Shown piece after piece: positions 19,856 through 28,956 of a stretch of DNA of 64,000 nt. The stretch spans positions 96,001 to 160,000 of the forward strand of contig CAZVGK010000001.1 of NCBI GenBank assembly GCA_964626665.1, in the 5' to 3' direction. The notes beneath the pieces were generated by a model, which saw nothing but the letters and a program-made list of their open reading frames with translations, made no database searches and was not told where the DNA came from. How positions within the stretch are numbered: position 1 is the first letter of the stretch; each line of letters opens with the position of its first letter. Position numbers and translations under genes: made by a program. Source of the DNA: an uncultured Gemmatimonadota bacterium (lineage in GTDB: Bacteria; SM23-81; DAOVCL01).

Positions 19856-20923
19856 ATGAAGAGGAAAGCTAATGCCCTACTCCCAGGCCTGCGGGTATCC
19901 TTCCCCCTTCTCTCCATCCGTTATCACGGTGGGGTTAAGGTGGTCATCAGTTTGGCTAACTACCTGGCCCAGAGGGGCTGGAGGGTTTCCCTGATCACCC
20001 CCAAGGACAGATTCAACCCCCATTATCCCATCTCAGAGAGGGTGGCTTTGATCCTCATCCCCCGGGTGGGGCGGCTTGGTCTCCTCTCCCACCTCCTGGC
20101 CCTCTTCTATCTCCTTCTCTGGATTCCCAAGTCAGATCTTCTGGTGGCCAACTTCTTCCCCACATTCTACCCCTCCTATCTGAAGAGCAAGCTTGGGTAC
20201 GGTAGACTCCTCTACCTCATTCAAGGTTATGAGCCCTGGTTCCGGGGGTTCCCCTTTAGCCTATTTGCCTCCCTCAGCTATCGGCTGAGATCGGCTCAGG
20301 TGGTCGTCTCCCGCTGGTTGCGGAGCCAATTAAGGGGTAACCCTCCGGTGTTTAACCCTGGTCCCACCTATGGGTTCTTTCCCGATAAGTCCGAGGATCT
20401 CCTCAGGGAGAAGGAAGGAAGGAAAGCAGTCGTCTATCTCTGGTCGTCCCCTCTACGGGGGAGGATATCTATCTTCGGGGAGGTGGTCAGAGGTTGGCAG
20501 CGGGATAATCTGGAGCTTTGGATAGTAGGGGGAACTGCCATAAAGCTGAAGCCAGGATTGAAGGTTCGGTTCTTCCCCCTCCTTAAAGAGGATGAGCTGA
20601 GAAAGGTCTACTCCTCGGCGGACATCCTCCTTCACCTATCACCTTACGAGGGGTTCGGACTTCCCCCCTTGGAGGCCATGGCCTGTGGAACCCCCTCTGT
20701 GCTCACCGACTCTGGGGGAGTGAGGGATTATGCCCGGGATGGATGCAACTGTCTTCTGGTGGAGAAGGATCCCGTTCAGATAAGAGAAGCAGTAGAGAAG
20801 CTCCTTACCAATGATATTTTGAGGGATAGATTGGCAAAGGGGGCTTTAAAGACGGCAACCCGTTTCTCTATGGAGAAGATGGCCAGAAAGTTCGAGGGGT
20901 TACTTCAGGAGGTGATCGATTAA
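19856..20923 (+). CDS. Glycosyltransferase family 4
   Basis: HGGVKV, EGFGLPPLEAMACG. Confidence 0.88.
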   Translation: MKRKANALLPGLRVSFPLLSIRYHGGVKVVISLANYLAQRGWRVSLITPKDRFNPHYPISERVALILIPRVGRLGLLSHLLALFYLLLWIPKSDLLVANFFPTFYPSYLKSKLGYGRLLYLIQGYEPWFRGFPFSLFASLSYRLRSAQVVVSRWLRSQLRGNPPVFNPGPTYGFFPDKSEDLLREKEGRKAVVYLWSSPLRGRISIFGEVVRGWQRDNLELWIVGGTAIKLKPGLKVRFFPLLKEDELRKVYSSADILLHLSPYEGFGLPPLEAMACGTPSVLTDSGGVRDYARDGCNCLLVEKDPVQIREAVEKLLTNDILRDRLAKGALKTATRFSMEKMARKFEGLLQEVID

Positions 20924-22060
20924 CCTCCTGGCCACATTATCCATCCTGTAGGGGGCAATTTCTTCGGCCTGCAGGTGGGGAAGTTTATCCTCCTCCCAGA
21001 GGTGATAGAATTCTCTTAGCGCTTTCCTGATCCCTTCTATATCATCAGGCTCCTCTATCCTTACCCCTTTGATCCCCTGGAGTATATCCTTAGCGGCAGA
21101 ATCCGGTATGGTGGCCATAATGGGTCTTCCTGACCCCAGATAGTCAAAGAGCTTGCTGGTGGAGACAAACCTCGCCCCTCGCCCCCTTCCTACCATAAGC
21201 CAGAGAAGATCAGATGTAACCATATACCTCAGTGCCTCCGGGTAGCGAACCTCAGGGATGAGCCTTACCTTCTCCTTTAGGCCATATGCGGTGACCAGTC
21301 CGGCCACATCAATCCATTTACGTCCCACCAGGAGGAGCTCCCAGTTTAGGTCCTTCATCTTGGAGAGAGCTTTGAGGATAAACTTTGGGGTTCTCCTCTC
21401 GGTTATTGTCCCCACCCAACCGATTTTGAACTTTTCTCCCCTCTTGTGTTTAAACCCCCGAAAGTCATCCGGCTCGAATCCATGGGTGATGGTTTCCACC
21501 TTAAGCCCCGGGTATCTTTCCTTTAAGTTATTGGTAATTCTTTCGTTTATGGTGATCACCAGTCTTGCATGGCTCAAGCTCCTTTTCTCCCCCAACCTGT
21601 GCAGCCACTTTAGGAGATTGCTTTCATATATCAGTGGGGTCTCCACCCAGGGGTCCCTGAGGTCAACGATGTATGGTCTCCTCGTGGTAAGGGAGAGAAG
21701 ATAGGTGCAGAGGAGGGGTGAGAAAGGGGGGGCAGAGGAGATCAGAAGGTCAATCTCCTTCTCCTTGATCAGACCTTTAAGCCTATGGTAGTTGAGGATA
21801 GACCAAAGGAGTTTGGTATCGGGGAAGGCGATGAGCTTAAGAAGCCTATAGATAAGCTTCCTCCCTCTCTTTATCCCCTCCCCTGAGCTGGTGGGCTCAG
21901 GGGAGGAAAAGGAGATGACCCCCTTAGCTCCCTTCTCCTTGGTGACAACGGTTATCTTATAGCCTTTTTGACGCAGATATTTGACCAGTCTGGGCCCCCT
22001 CTTCACCCCAGGTTTGGGCCAAGGAGGAAAGTAGTAGGAGATGTAAAGGATCTTTTTCAC
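20900..22060 (-). CDS. Glycosyltransferase family 4
   Basis: YYFPP, SAPPFS, DLRDPW, SKLFDYLGSGRP. Confidence 0.85.
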   Translation of the reverse strand: MKKILYISYYFPPWPKPGVKRGPRLVKYLRQKGYKITVVTKEKGAKGVISFSSPEPTSSGEGIKRGRKLIYRLLKLIAFPDTKLLWSILNYHRLKGLIKEKEIDLLISSAPPFSPLLCTYLLSLTTRRPYIVDLRDPWVETPLIYESNLLKWLHRLGEKRSLSHARLVITINERITNNLKERYPGLKVETITHGFEPDDFRGFKHKRGEKFKIGWVGTITERRTPKFILKALSKMKDLNWELLLVGRKWIDVAGLVTAYGLKEKVRLIPEVRYPEALRYMVTSDLLWLMVGRGRGARFVSTSKLFDYLGSGRPIMATIPDSAAKDILQGIKGVRIEEPDDIEGIRKALREFYHLWEEDKLPHLQAEEIAPYRMDNVARRLIDHLLK

Positions 22061-24207
22061 CGCCTCCTCCCTCGCACCGAGTTCACCAGATCGGCCAATT
22101 CCCTTACCCTTTGATCGCTAATTATCTTTTCTATCTCGTAGGGGATCTTCTGGCACCAGTTGGGATGGTTTTCCACCGTGCCAGGGAGGTTCTGCTGTTC
22201 CTCCTCTCCTAAGAGGTCCCATATATTCAGGATCAATAGCTTACAGGGGGTAAGGGATAGCCAGGAGATCACCGCCCTTAAGAGTTCCATCTCCAAATTG
22301 GCCCTGGAGAAAAGAAGCCCCCTTGACTTCAAGGCCTTGAGAATCGCCTTCTTCTGCGCCTCCCTCCTTCCCCTCTCCTCTTCAGCCATCTCCGTCTGGG
22401 GGTAGAGTCCAAGCTTCTCCCTCCATTCTATGTCCCTTAGCTGCCAAAATCCCCTTAAGGTGGGCATATCGTGGGTGTTTATCCCCGCCAGAGCCAGGGC
22501 CGGATAGTGCTCCGGAGGGATGGGGCTGTCATCTTCCCTCTCAAAGTAGAAGACCTTGGTGGAGAAAATCCCCCAATTTGCCAGGCCAACCCGCACCCAG
22601 GGAGGAACTGTGCCCAGATCCTCACCAATGATCAGGGTTTTGCGGAGATGACTTTCTAAGGCCAGGATGCCCAAAAGCTCCCCTGGATAACCCCTCACAT
22701 AGGCTCCATCTTGAGAGGCCATTCCCGAGGGGACCCAGAAAGTGTGGAAGAGCCCCATCACATGGTCAATCCTCAAAGCTCCCCCTAAGGGAAGGTTGTG
22801 GCGCAATATTTGGATATAGGACCGATAACCTTCTTCCCTCAGGCGGTCGGGGATAACCGGGGGAAGGCCCCACCTCTGCCCTTTGGGGAAGAACTCATCA
22901 GGAGGTGCCCCCAGCTCGGCTCCGAAAGCGAAGATCCCCTGATTGCTCCAGGCCTCGGCCCCACACCCCTCCACGCCCAAGGCCAGATCCTCATATAATC
23001 CCAGGGGCATCCCCGATTTATGGGCCTCTCCTGTGATCTGTGTCAACTGCTCCTCTATGTTCCACTGGATATACTGGTAGAAGAGGATTCGCCGTTGGTG
23101 GCTTCTTTGGAATGATCTCACCTCCTCGCTTTTAGGATCTCTATGCTCTCTCGGCCAATTGGGCCAAACCCGATCCGGGAAGTGCTCGCTCAGGGCCTGG
23201 AAGGTGGCAAACTCCTCTAAGGCCTTCCCCTCTTTCTCCCGATACCGGGAAAAATCCTGGGCTCTTCCTGGGTGATCTTTTTCCAGGAAGTTCTTAAAGA
23301 GGAGCTCCAAAACCCTCAGCTTTAGGGAGGCCACCCTTTCATAATCGACCAGAGGGGATGACCTCAGGGCCGCAAGCTCCCTCTGAAAATCCTTTCCTTT
23401 CACCATCTTCTGAGCCTCTGGACACTCCCTGAATTCCGGGATCCCTTCCACATCCAGATAGATGAAGTTGCGGTAGCTGCGGATAGAGGGGAAGTAAGGG
23501 CTCAGGTTATATGGCCAACGATTCTTAATGGCATGGAGGGGATTTATCTCAACAAAACCAGCCTGGAGCTCTTTACCCATCCATACCATAAGCTCTCTCA
23601 GATCCCGCAGGTCGCCTATCCCCCAATTCCTTGCAGATCTGAGAGCATAGAGGGGGAGGAATATACCCCAGGTTCTTCCCTTTCCTCTAAGGAACTCCGG
23701 AAGGTAGGTGGTCTCTGGATGGACGACCAAGCGGGAACTGCCGGCCAGATTCCCACCTGGTGTCGCAACTACCTTCAGTTCATAATAGCCCAGAGGAAGA
23801 TCCAAGGGTAAGGGAAAGTGGTAGGAGTTTACGCCCAGCTTCCCCTTGGAGGTTAGATCTTCCCCTCTAAACCTCTTGCTCCAGAATTTCCCCTTATCCC
23901 CGGAGACCTCCATCTCTATCCCAAAATTCCGAGGAATTGATTTACCTGGAAGGTGGATGGGAAAGCCTTTGGAGAGATCCCTCCGAGTCCTGACCAGCAC
24001 GGGCTCCAGGAATCTTTTCTCCTCAAAGAGGGAGAGCTCCCCTCGCAGACTCTCCTCGCTTCGGGTCTCCAGGCCCAGAGCCTTCAAGATGGCAAGCTTG
24101 GTCTCAAGGGATGTCCTGTGGTGGTTTCCCCAGATGTCGGTGTATTCCGGCTCGATGCCAAAGAGGACGGCTATTTTATCAATAAGTTCACCTTGGTCAG
24201 CGAACAT
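22057..24207 (-). CDS. malQ: 4-alpha-glucanotransferase (GH77)
   Basis: WGIGD, SPY, DLALG, RIDHVMG, IGEDLG, THD, QNLPGT. Confidence 0.93.
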   Translation of the reverse strand: MFADQGELIDKIAVLFGIEPEYTDIWGNHHRTSLETKLAILKALGLETRSEESLRGELSLFEEKRFLEPVLVRTRRDLSKGFPIHLPGKSIPRNFGIEMEVSGDKGKFWSKRFRGEDLTSKGKLGVNSYHFPLPLDLPLGYYELKVVATPGGNLAGSSRLVVHPETTYLPEFLRGKGRTWGIFLPLYALRSARNWGIGDLRDLRELMVWMGKELQAGFVEINPLHAIKNRWPYNLSPYFPSIRSYRNFIYLDVEGIPEFRECPEAQKMVKGKDFQRELAALRSSPLVDYERVASLKLRVLELLFKNFLEKDHPGRAQDFSRYREKEGKALEEFATFQALSEHFPDRVWPNWPREHRDPKSEEVRSFQRSHQRRILFYQYIQWNIEEQLTQITGEAHKSGMPLGLYEDLALGVEGCGAEAWSNQGIFAFGAELGAPPDEFFPKGQRWGLPPVIPDRLREEGYRSYIQILRHNLPLGGALRIDHVMGLFHTFWVPSGMASQDGAYVRGYPGELLGILALESHLRKTLIIGEDLGTVPPWVRVGLANWGIFSTKVFYFEREDDSPIPPEHYPALALAGINTHDMPTLRGFWQLRDIEWREKLGLYPQTEMAEEERGRREAQKKAILKALKSRGLLFSRANLEMELLRAVISWLSLTPCKLLILNIWDLLGEEEQQNLPGTVENHPNWCQKIPYEIEKIISDQRVRELADLVNSVRGRRR

Positions 24208-25465
24208 AGTAGATCCTCATCTGAGCTGGTTTTAGCCTCTTCGGCAAGGAAGGGGAAGGTTGGGCTGGCTTGGAGGTAAGTTCCCGGAGAGAACCATCTA
24301 TAGCCTGGGGATCCAGCTTGATCCGGTGGGGTTTCTCGGGATCGGAGTTGATCAGGGCTAAAACCTTGCCTGGTAACCTCTCCGAACTCTTTACAAGAAT
24401 TACTGCCGGATCCTTAACCTGAGAGAGCATCTCTATGGGGCCTTCCGTGTTTAAGATGGGAGAGGAAGCCTTTATCCTGTTGACCGCTGTTATGAATTTG
24501 CTGAGGCTAAAAGCTGGTTCCTCCCAGTCGGTTGGCCTGGTACGCACCACATCTAACTTCTTCCGGAAACCGAACTCATAGCCGAGGGGCATCAGGATTC
24601 CCTGAGAGAAGAAGGCGGCAAAGAGGTAGCGAAGTTTAGAGATCTCCTCCTTGCCCCCTGTCTCCTGGGCCAGGCGCGGGGTGTCGTGGCTCTCCGGGAA
24701 GCTGATGGAGGGGGCGATCTTCCGGAACTCCTCATACTGTTGCAGCAGCCATCCCTGGTGGAAATCCCACCATTTGGAACTGTTGAAGAGGTAATCAAAC
24801 CCGCAATGGGCCAAGTTTGCCACCTCCTTTAGCCGACAGCCCAGGGTCTCGGCGAAGAAGCAAACCTGCGGGGAGAGGAGCTTAGCCTGAGAGATGAGTT
24901 GGGCCCAGATAACGGGGGGGACCTTGTAGGCAGCATCACAGCGGAAACCCTTAAACCCCAGCCCAATGTAGAACCCTACCAAATTTTGCCAATAGGCCGA
25001 TAGATCCTCTTGCTGGGTGGGGTTTTCATAGTCGATCTCCGCCAGATCCCCCCAGACGGTTACCCGGCGAGCATCGGCAGGATCGATTGCCGAGGGGCTT
25101 TTGAGGGAACCGTTGGGGTTTCTCCTAAACCACTGCGGATGTTCTTTAACTAAGAGGGAATCCTTTGCCGTGTGGTTGATCACCAGATCCATCATCACCG
25201 AAAGGCCAAATCCTTCGGCCCTTTGGAGAAAATTTCTTAGAAGGTCAAATGGCCTGGCATCTGCGTTCTCCAAGAAGAGGGGGTTTATGCGGTAGTAGTC
25301 CTTTACGGCATAGAGGCTGCCGGAAAAACCGGGGTAGTGAAAGGAATTTATATATACCCAATTGAAACCCATTCCCGCAATTCTCTCCAATTCCTCCTCC
25401 CAACGGGTGATCGGTCCCACCAAGAGGGGGAAGAGGTTGTAGATGCGGGGGCCTTGCTCTACCAT
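24197..25465 (-). CDS. GH13 alpha-amylase family (GlgE-like)
   Basis: DLVINH, GFRCDAA, FAETL, ESHD catalytic regions. Confidence 0.88.
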   Translation of the reverse strand: MVEQGPRIYNLFPLLVGPITRWEEELERIAGMGFNWVYINSFHYPGFSGSLYAVKDYYRINPLFLENADARPFDLLRNFLQRAEGFGLSVMMDLVINHTAKDSLLVKEHPQWFRRNPNGSLKSPSAIDPADARRVTVWGDLAEIDYENPTQQEDLSAYWQNLVGFYIGLGFKGFRCDAAYKVPPVIWAQLISQAKLLSPQVCFFAETLGCRLKEVANLAHCGFDYLFNSSKWWDFHQGWLLQQYEEFRKIAPSISFPESHDTPRLAQETGGKEEISKLRYLFAAFFSQGILMPLGYEFGFRKKLDVVRTRPTDWEEPAFSLSKFITAVNRIKASSPILNTEGPIEMLSQVKDPAVILVKSSERLPGKVLALINSDPEKPHRIKLDPQAIDGSLRELTSKPAQPSPSLPKRLKPAQMRIYYVR

Positions 25466-25998
25466 AGTCTCCTCAATCCCCGGAGAAATTTCCACCTGGG
25501 AACCCTTTTCATATAATCCTTGTATCCATCTCCGAACTTCTTAACATCGAACTCATCCTCCTTTTTGGAGGCTATCCAGAAGCAGAAGCCAGCCACTGTC
25601 CCCAATATGGTCGTTGGTAATGATTGGATGAGAGATATTACCCCTACCGCCCATAAGGCAGAGCCCAAGTAGAGGGGATGGCGGACGATGCGATATATTC
25701 CACTTTCGATCATTATGGTAGTATGCTCCCATCCGGATGGTGGTTTGCCTTTACTTTTGAGGTTAAAAAATCCAAAGCCCACAAAAAGGGCTGCGGGAAG
25801 AGACAGGATGAATCCAAGAATCCTTAAAGGGAAAAGGTTTATCTTACCCCAGGACCAGTTCAAGAGGAACGGGGTAAAATAGAGACCCAGTCCGCAGGCT
25901 TCATAGATCTCATAAACGATATGCTTGCGCACGACGGGGATTAGCCACTTAATGAGGATGCCAATCCAGATGCCGGCAAGTATGATGTAATTCCACAT
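25459..25998 (-). CDS. Isoprenylcysteine carboxyl methyltransferase/PEMT family membrane protein
   Basis: GIYRIVRHPLY and ED..FG..Y..Y...VPRW. Confidence 0.85.
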   Translation of the reverse strand: MWNYIILAGIWIGILIKWLIPVVRKHIVYEIYEACGLGLYFTPFLLNWSWGKINLFPLRILGFILSLPAALFVGFGFFNLKSKGKPPSGWEHTTIMIESGIYRIVRHPLYLGSALWAVGVISLIQSLPTTILGTVAGFCFWIASKKEDEFDVKKFGDGYKDYMKRVPRWKFLRGLRRLW

Positions 25999-26021
25999 CC
26001 AGGTCTCCCAATTCGTAACAG

Positions 26022-26173
26022 TTCACCACGGGATCTCAGGGAGAGAATCATCATCAATGGTCAATTAACAATTAGCAAGTTAAAATGAAATGAAGCCAGA
26101 AAATCCTGAGGAGTGGGCCATTTTTCATTGATCATTGACCATTTCTTTGTCTGTTCGTGATTATCCGTGGTGA
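26022..26173. repeat. Palindromic element with heptamer arms (CAATTAA/CAATTAG...CATTGAT) inside CACCACGG...CCGTGGTG
   Basis: Related copies at ~46876-47110, 54471-54613 and 58744-58825. Confidence 0.75.
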
Positions 26174-26300
26174 GCCATTGTTCTTGGGTTATTAATATAA
26201 TGAAACTGCTTGGGGAAGCAACGATTTTTCGATGACCTATATTATTATTCCATTAAAGGGCAAAATGGAGAAGCAAAGGGAGGGCAAAAACTGGGGCCAC

Positions 26301-26340
26301 AAATAGCAACCTCCCGCAGATTCAGAATCTGCGGGAGGTT
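26301..26340. repeat. Palindromic REP-like element, copy 2
   Basis: AAATAGC-AACCTCCCGCAGAT-tcaga-ATCTGCGGGAGGTT. Confidence 0.85.
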
Positions 26341-26458
26341 GTAGTTGACATCGCGAGATTGCGAGGGTGGTGCGGAGGGGCCTCTTATCTCTATCTCTCG
26401 TCTCTATCTGATTAGCCTTCTCGATCACGATCTACCAGCACAGTAGGACTCCAATCTA

Positions 26459-26715
26459 TCGGATTGAAGGGATTCTCTTTGAAAAGCTCCACTTTTCACG
26501 CGGCTTTCCTTTGGATCTTAACATTTAACTTCCGAAAGAGCCGGGCAAATGTATGAGGGGTGACAATTTTCATTCACTGCTCCTGGACAAGCTCACGCAG
26601 GGAGTCCCTCTCAGTGATCCGTCCTTCCTGACGGTCTTTTTCAGAAGCATCCAATAGGTCAAGAAACTCTTTTTTAAAGAGGCCACAGGTATGGCAAAAG
26701 CTTTCGATATCTTCT
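26459..26715 (-). pseudogene. Decayed antitoxin/RelE-like toxin pair
   Basis: Minus-strand frames ..EFLDLLDASEKDRQEGRITERDSLRELVQEQ* then MKIVTPHTFARLFRKLNVKIQRKAA*KVELFKENPFNP. Confidence 0.6.
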
Positions 26716-26719
26716 CTAT

Positions 26720-26777
26720 CTATTGGCTGAGTTCAGCGGCAGTATTTACGCCGTCCGCTGGAACGAATTGTCAGATG
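26720..26777 (-). mobile_element. Degenerate integron attC-like site
   Basis: Minus strand CATCTGAC-AATTC-GTTCCAGCGG..CCGCTGAAC-TCAGC-CAATAG, overlapping the toxin stop codon. Confidence 0.6.
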
Positions 26778-27076
26778 ATATCTATTCTCCTTTTTATTAG
26801 ATTCGGACTTCTTTTGCCATGTATTACAGCCAAAACAATTATCTTTTTATTTTCAACCAGATAAATTATTTTGTATGGGAACCTTTTAATGAGATATTTT
26901 CTTGCCCCTTTATACTCTGGCGGACTAATCACTGGATTTCTTTCTATAAATCTTAATCCAGCCTCAACCTGTAATAGAAAGTTATATCCTAATCCCTTTC
27001 TTCTATCTTCATACCATGAAAATGTTTCCTTTAAATCATCTTCAGCCTCAGGTCTGATAATAACTCTATATTCCAT
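26771..27076 (-). CDS. RelE/ParE-family toxin
   Basis: AEDDLKE..WYE..GLG..F, RFPYKIIY, VLAVIHGKR. Confidence 0.9.
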   Translation of the reverse strand: MEYRVIIRPEAEDDLKETFSWYEDRRKGLGYNFLLQVEAGLRFIERNPVISPPEYKGARKYLIKRFPYKIIYLVENKKIIVLAVIHGKRSPNLIKRRIDII

Positions 27077-27294
27077 TATTTACGCACTATTCTTTTAAAA
27101 ACGTCCTCCCATAGAGAGCCTAAACTCGGACTCCTATGGTATGCCTCCAATCGTTCATCAATTATTCTTTTCTCCTCAGCGGTTAATTCCACAGAGTCAG
27201 CTTCAACAGCTATCGTATCCCAGATATCCTCTACCAGTTGAATTCTCTCCGGGATTGATAAATCAAGAGTATCGGTTACCTTTATCTTCTTCAT
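27076..27294 (-). CDS. Addiction-module antitoxin (TIGR02574-like)
   Basis: LSIPERIQLVEDIWDTI..IDERL..WEDV; GGAGG RBS. Confidence 0.88.
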   Translation of the reverse strand: MKKIKVTDTLDLSIPERIQLVEDIWDTIAVEADSVELTAEEKRIIDERLEAYHRSPSLGSLWEDVFKRIVRK

Positions 27295-27352
27295 GTTAAC
27301 AACCTCCTTCTTGCATTTATTGTGCATCTATCTCAATAGATAGCTTGCGAGA

Positions 27353-27862
27353 TTTAATCCTGGATTATGCATTAGGAAACCACAAGTTTTCACCAGATTG
27401 TCACAAGATGTTGAAAACAGTAGGCTTACAAAACTTGAATTTAACCCTCCTCTTTCACTCAAAAGGCGAAAACCCATATTCTTGAAGATCCCTATATAAT
27501 CTGTGCTACAAGCTTGCAGAATCTCGTTTTTTTGACAAACTTTTTTAACCGCAAAGCTCGCAAAGTAGGCGCAGAGAAGACAAAGACTTGAATGTAAATT
27601 GCGACATATACCAGGTGAAAGCCTGAAGCATCGAGTATCTTTTTCATAATCAGTGTAATCTGTCTTAATTCTCAATTGCCTTTTTCCGTGAGATTCTGTG
27701 GTAACTTCACCAAGGACTATGCACAGAAAAACAGGAATCACGAATGACCAGCACAAATCTCATTCTTAATTCTCAATTCATAATTGCTTTTCCCCGTGTC
27801 ATTCGTGTTCCAAAGATTCAGTGAAATCCGTGCCCATCTGTGTTTATGCATATTTTGGGTTA
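27353..27862. repeat. Composite MITE/REP-like repeat region
   Basis: GGATTATGCA..TGCATATTTTGGG ends; shares blocks with 11787-12105 and 13362-13701. Confidence 0.7.
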
Positions 27863-27974
27863 AACTTTCTTATTTTCATCCTCAAATTCGTTGCCATCAT
27901 TCACCTCCACATTTAGCTGTTTTCCCTGAAATCATTTCTCGGGTAAGATAATGAATAATTTGGCAGAAGTCAAT

Positions 27975-28140
27975 AAGGATATCCCAAAAAGAGAAGCCAC
28001 CATGACCCTCAGGTGGGTTCCCTTCTTTGGCTATGAGGGTTTGTGCCGCCAAGACACCTGCCCTGACAGACCCCCGATTACGATCTGCGAGCATGGGGGG
28101 TGAAATATGACGGGATGCCGCCGCTCATTGGACGATTTTC
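27975..28140 (-). ncRNA. ssrS: Probable 6S RNA
   Basis: Minus strand TGAGCGGCGGCATCCC..GTCTTGGCGGCAC..AGCCAAAGAAGGGAACCCACCTG resembles Firmicutes-type 6S RNA as recalled; ends can pair into a rod; boundaries approximate. Confidence 0.6.
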
Positions 28141-28188
28141 TTTACTTTATGCGGGATTCATAACGACTTAAATGGCTGTCAAAATTAG

Positions 28189-28956
28189 CTACCTTCTCTT
28201 GGCCACAAATATCTGCTCCCCTGAAGAATGGTCGTAAGGGGATTTGTCAAAGCCGCCGAAGAGGTCCTCTAGCTCAAATCCGTGGTTCTTTAGGAGGAGT
28301 TCCGCCTCGTATCGGAAGAGGTAGGAAATCCGGTAAGACCAGATGAGACGGTGGAATTGGCCCTCCTGATCGGTCCATTCGTAAAACCTGTCCTCTTTGA
28401 GGGTCTGCTTTACCAAATCATATTTTACCTCAGCCCTCCGGGTGACAAAGATAACCCACTCCCTGTCGTAAAACCCCTTCAGATATAGGCTTACCTTCCG
28501 CTGGGCCAAAAGGTCATACCTGGGGGCAAAGAGATCAATGATCAGCCTTCCCCTGGGCTCCAGGTGTTCCCTCACGCATTCCAGGCAGAGCCCCTGATCC
28601 TCTTTGGTTAAGAGGTTTTGAAAGGAACGAAAGGCGATGAAGATAAGAGGGAACCTCCTTCCCAGGTCAAAATGTCTCATATCCCCCTGGACAAGTTCTA
28701 TTCTCCTTTTCACTTCTCCATCAAGAGCTTTGATCTTTACTTCAGCCACCTTAAGCATCTCCCCTGAGATATCCAGCCCAACGACCGTTATCCCCGCTTC
28801 GGCCATTGGGATGAGAACCCTCCCTGTTCCGCAGGCAAGTTCAAGCGCAGCTCCCCCTTTCTTGGCGTATTCAATATAGAAGGGGATATCCTCATTCAAT
28901 CCCTCAGTCTCCAGATCATAGAACCTGACTACCCTATCGAAGTCTGCTTCTGTCAT
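28189..28956 (-). CDS. Class I SAM-dependent methyltransferase
   Basis: LELACGTGR, GLDIS..ML, QGDMR, HLEPRG. Confidence 0.9.
   Translation of the reverse strand: MTEADFDRVVRFYDLETEGLNEDIPFYIEYAKKGGAALELACGTGRVLIPMAEAGITVVGLDISGEMLKVAEVKIKALDGEVKRRIELVQGDMRHFDLGRRFPLIFIAFRSFQNLLTKEDQGLCLECVREHLEPRGRLIIDLFAPRYDLLAQRKVSLYLKGFYDREWVIFVTRRAEVKYDLVKQTLKEDRFYEWTDQEGQFHRLIWSYRISYLFRYEAELLLKNHGFELEDLFGGFDKSPYDHSSGEQIFVAKRR

Noticed and set aside
27328-27756. 142-aa ORF
   Set aside because: Lies wholly within repeat DNA and has no protein-like motifs
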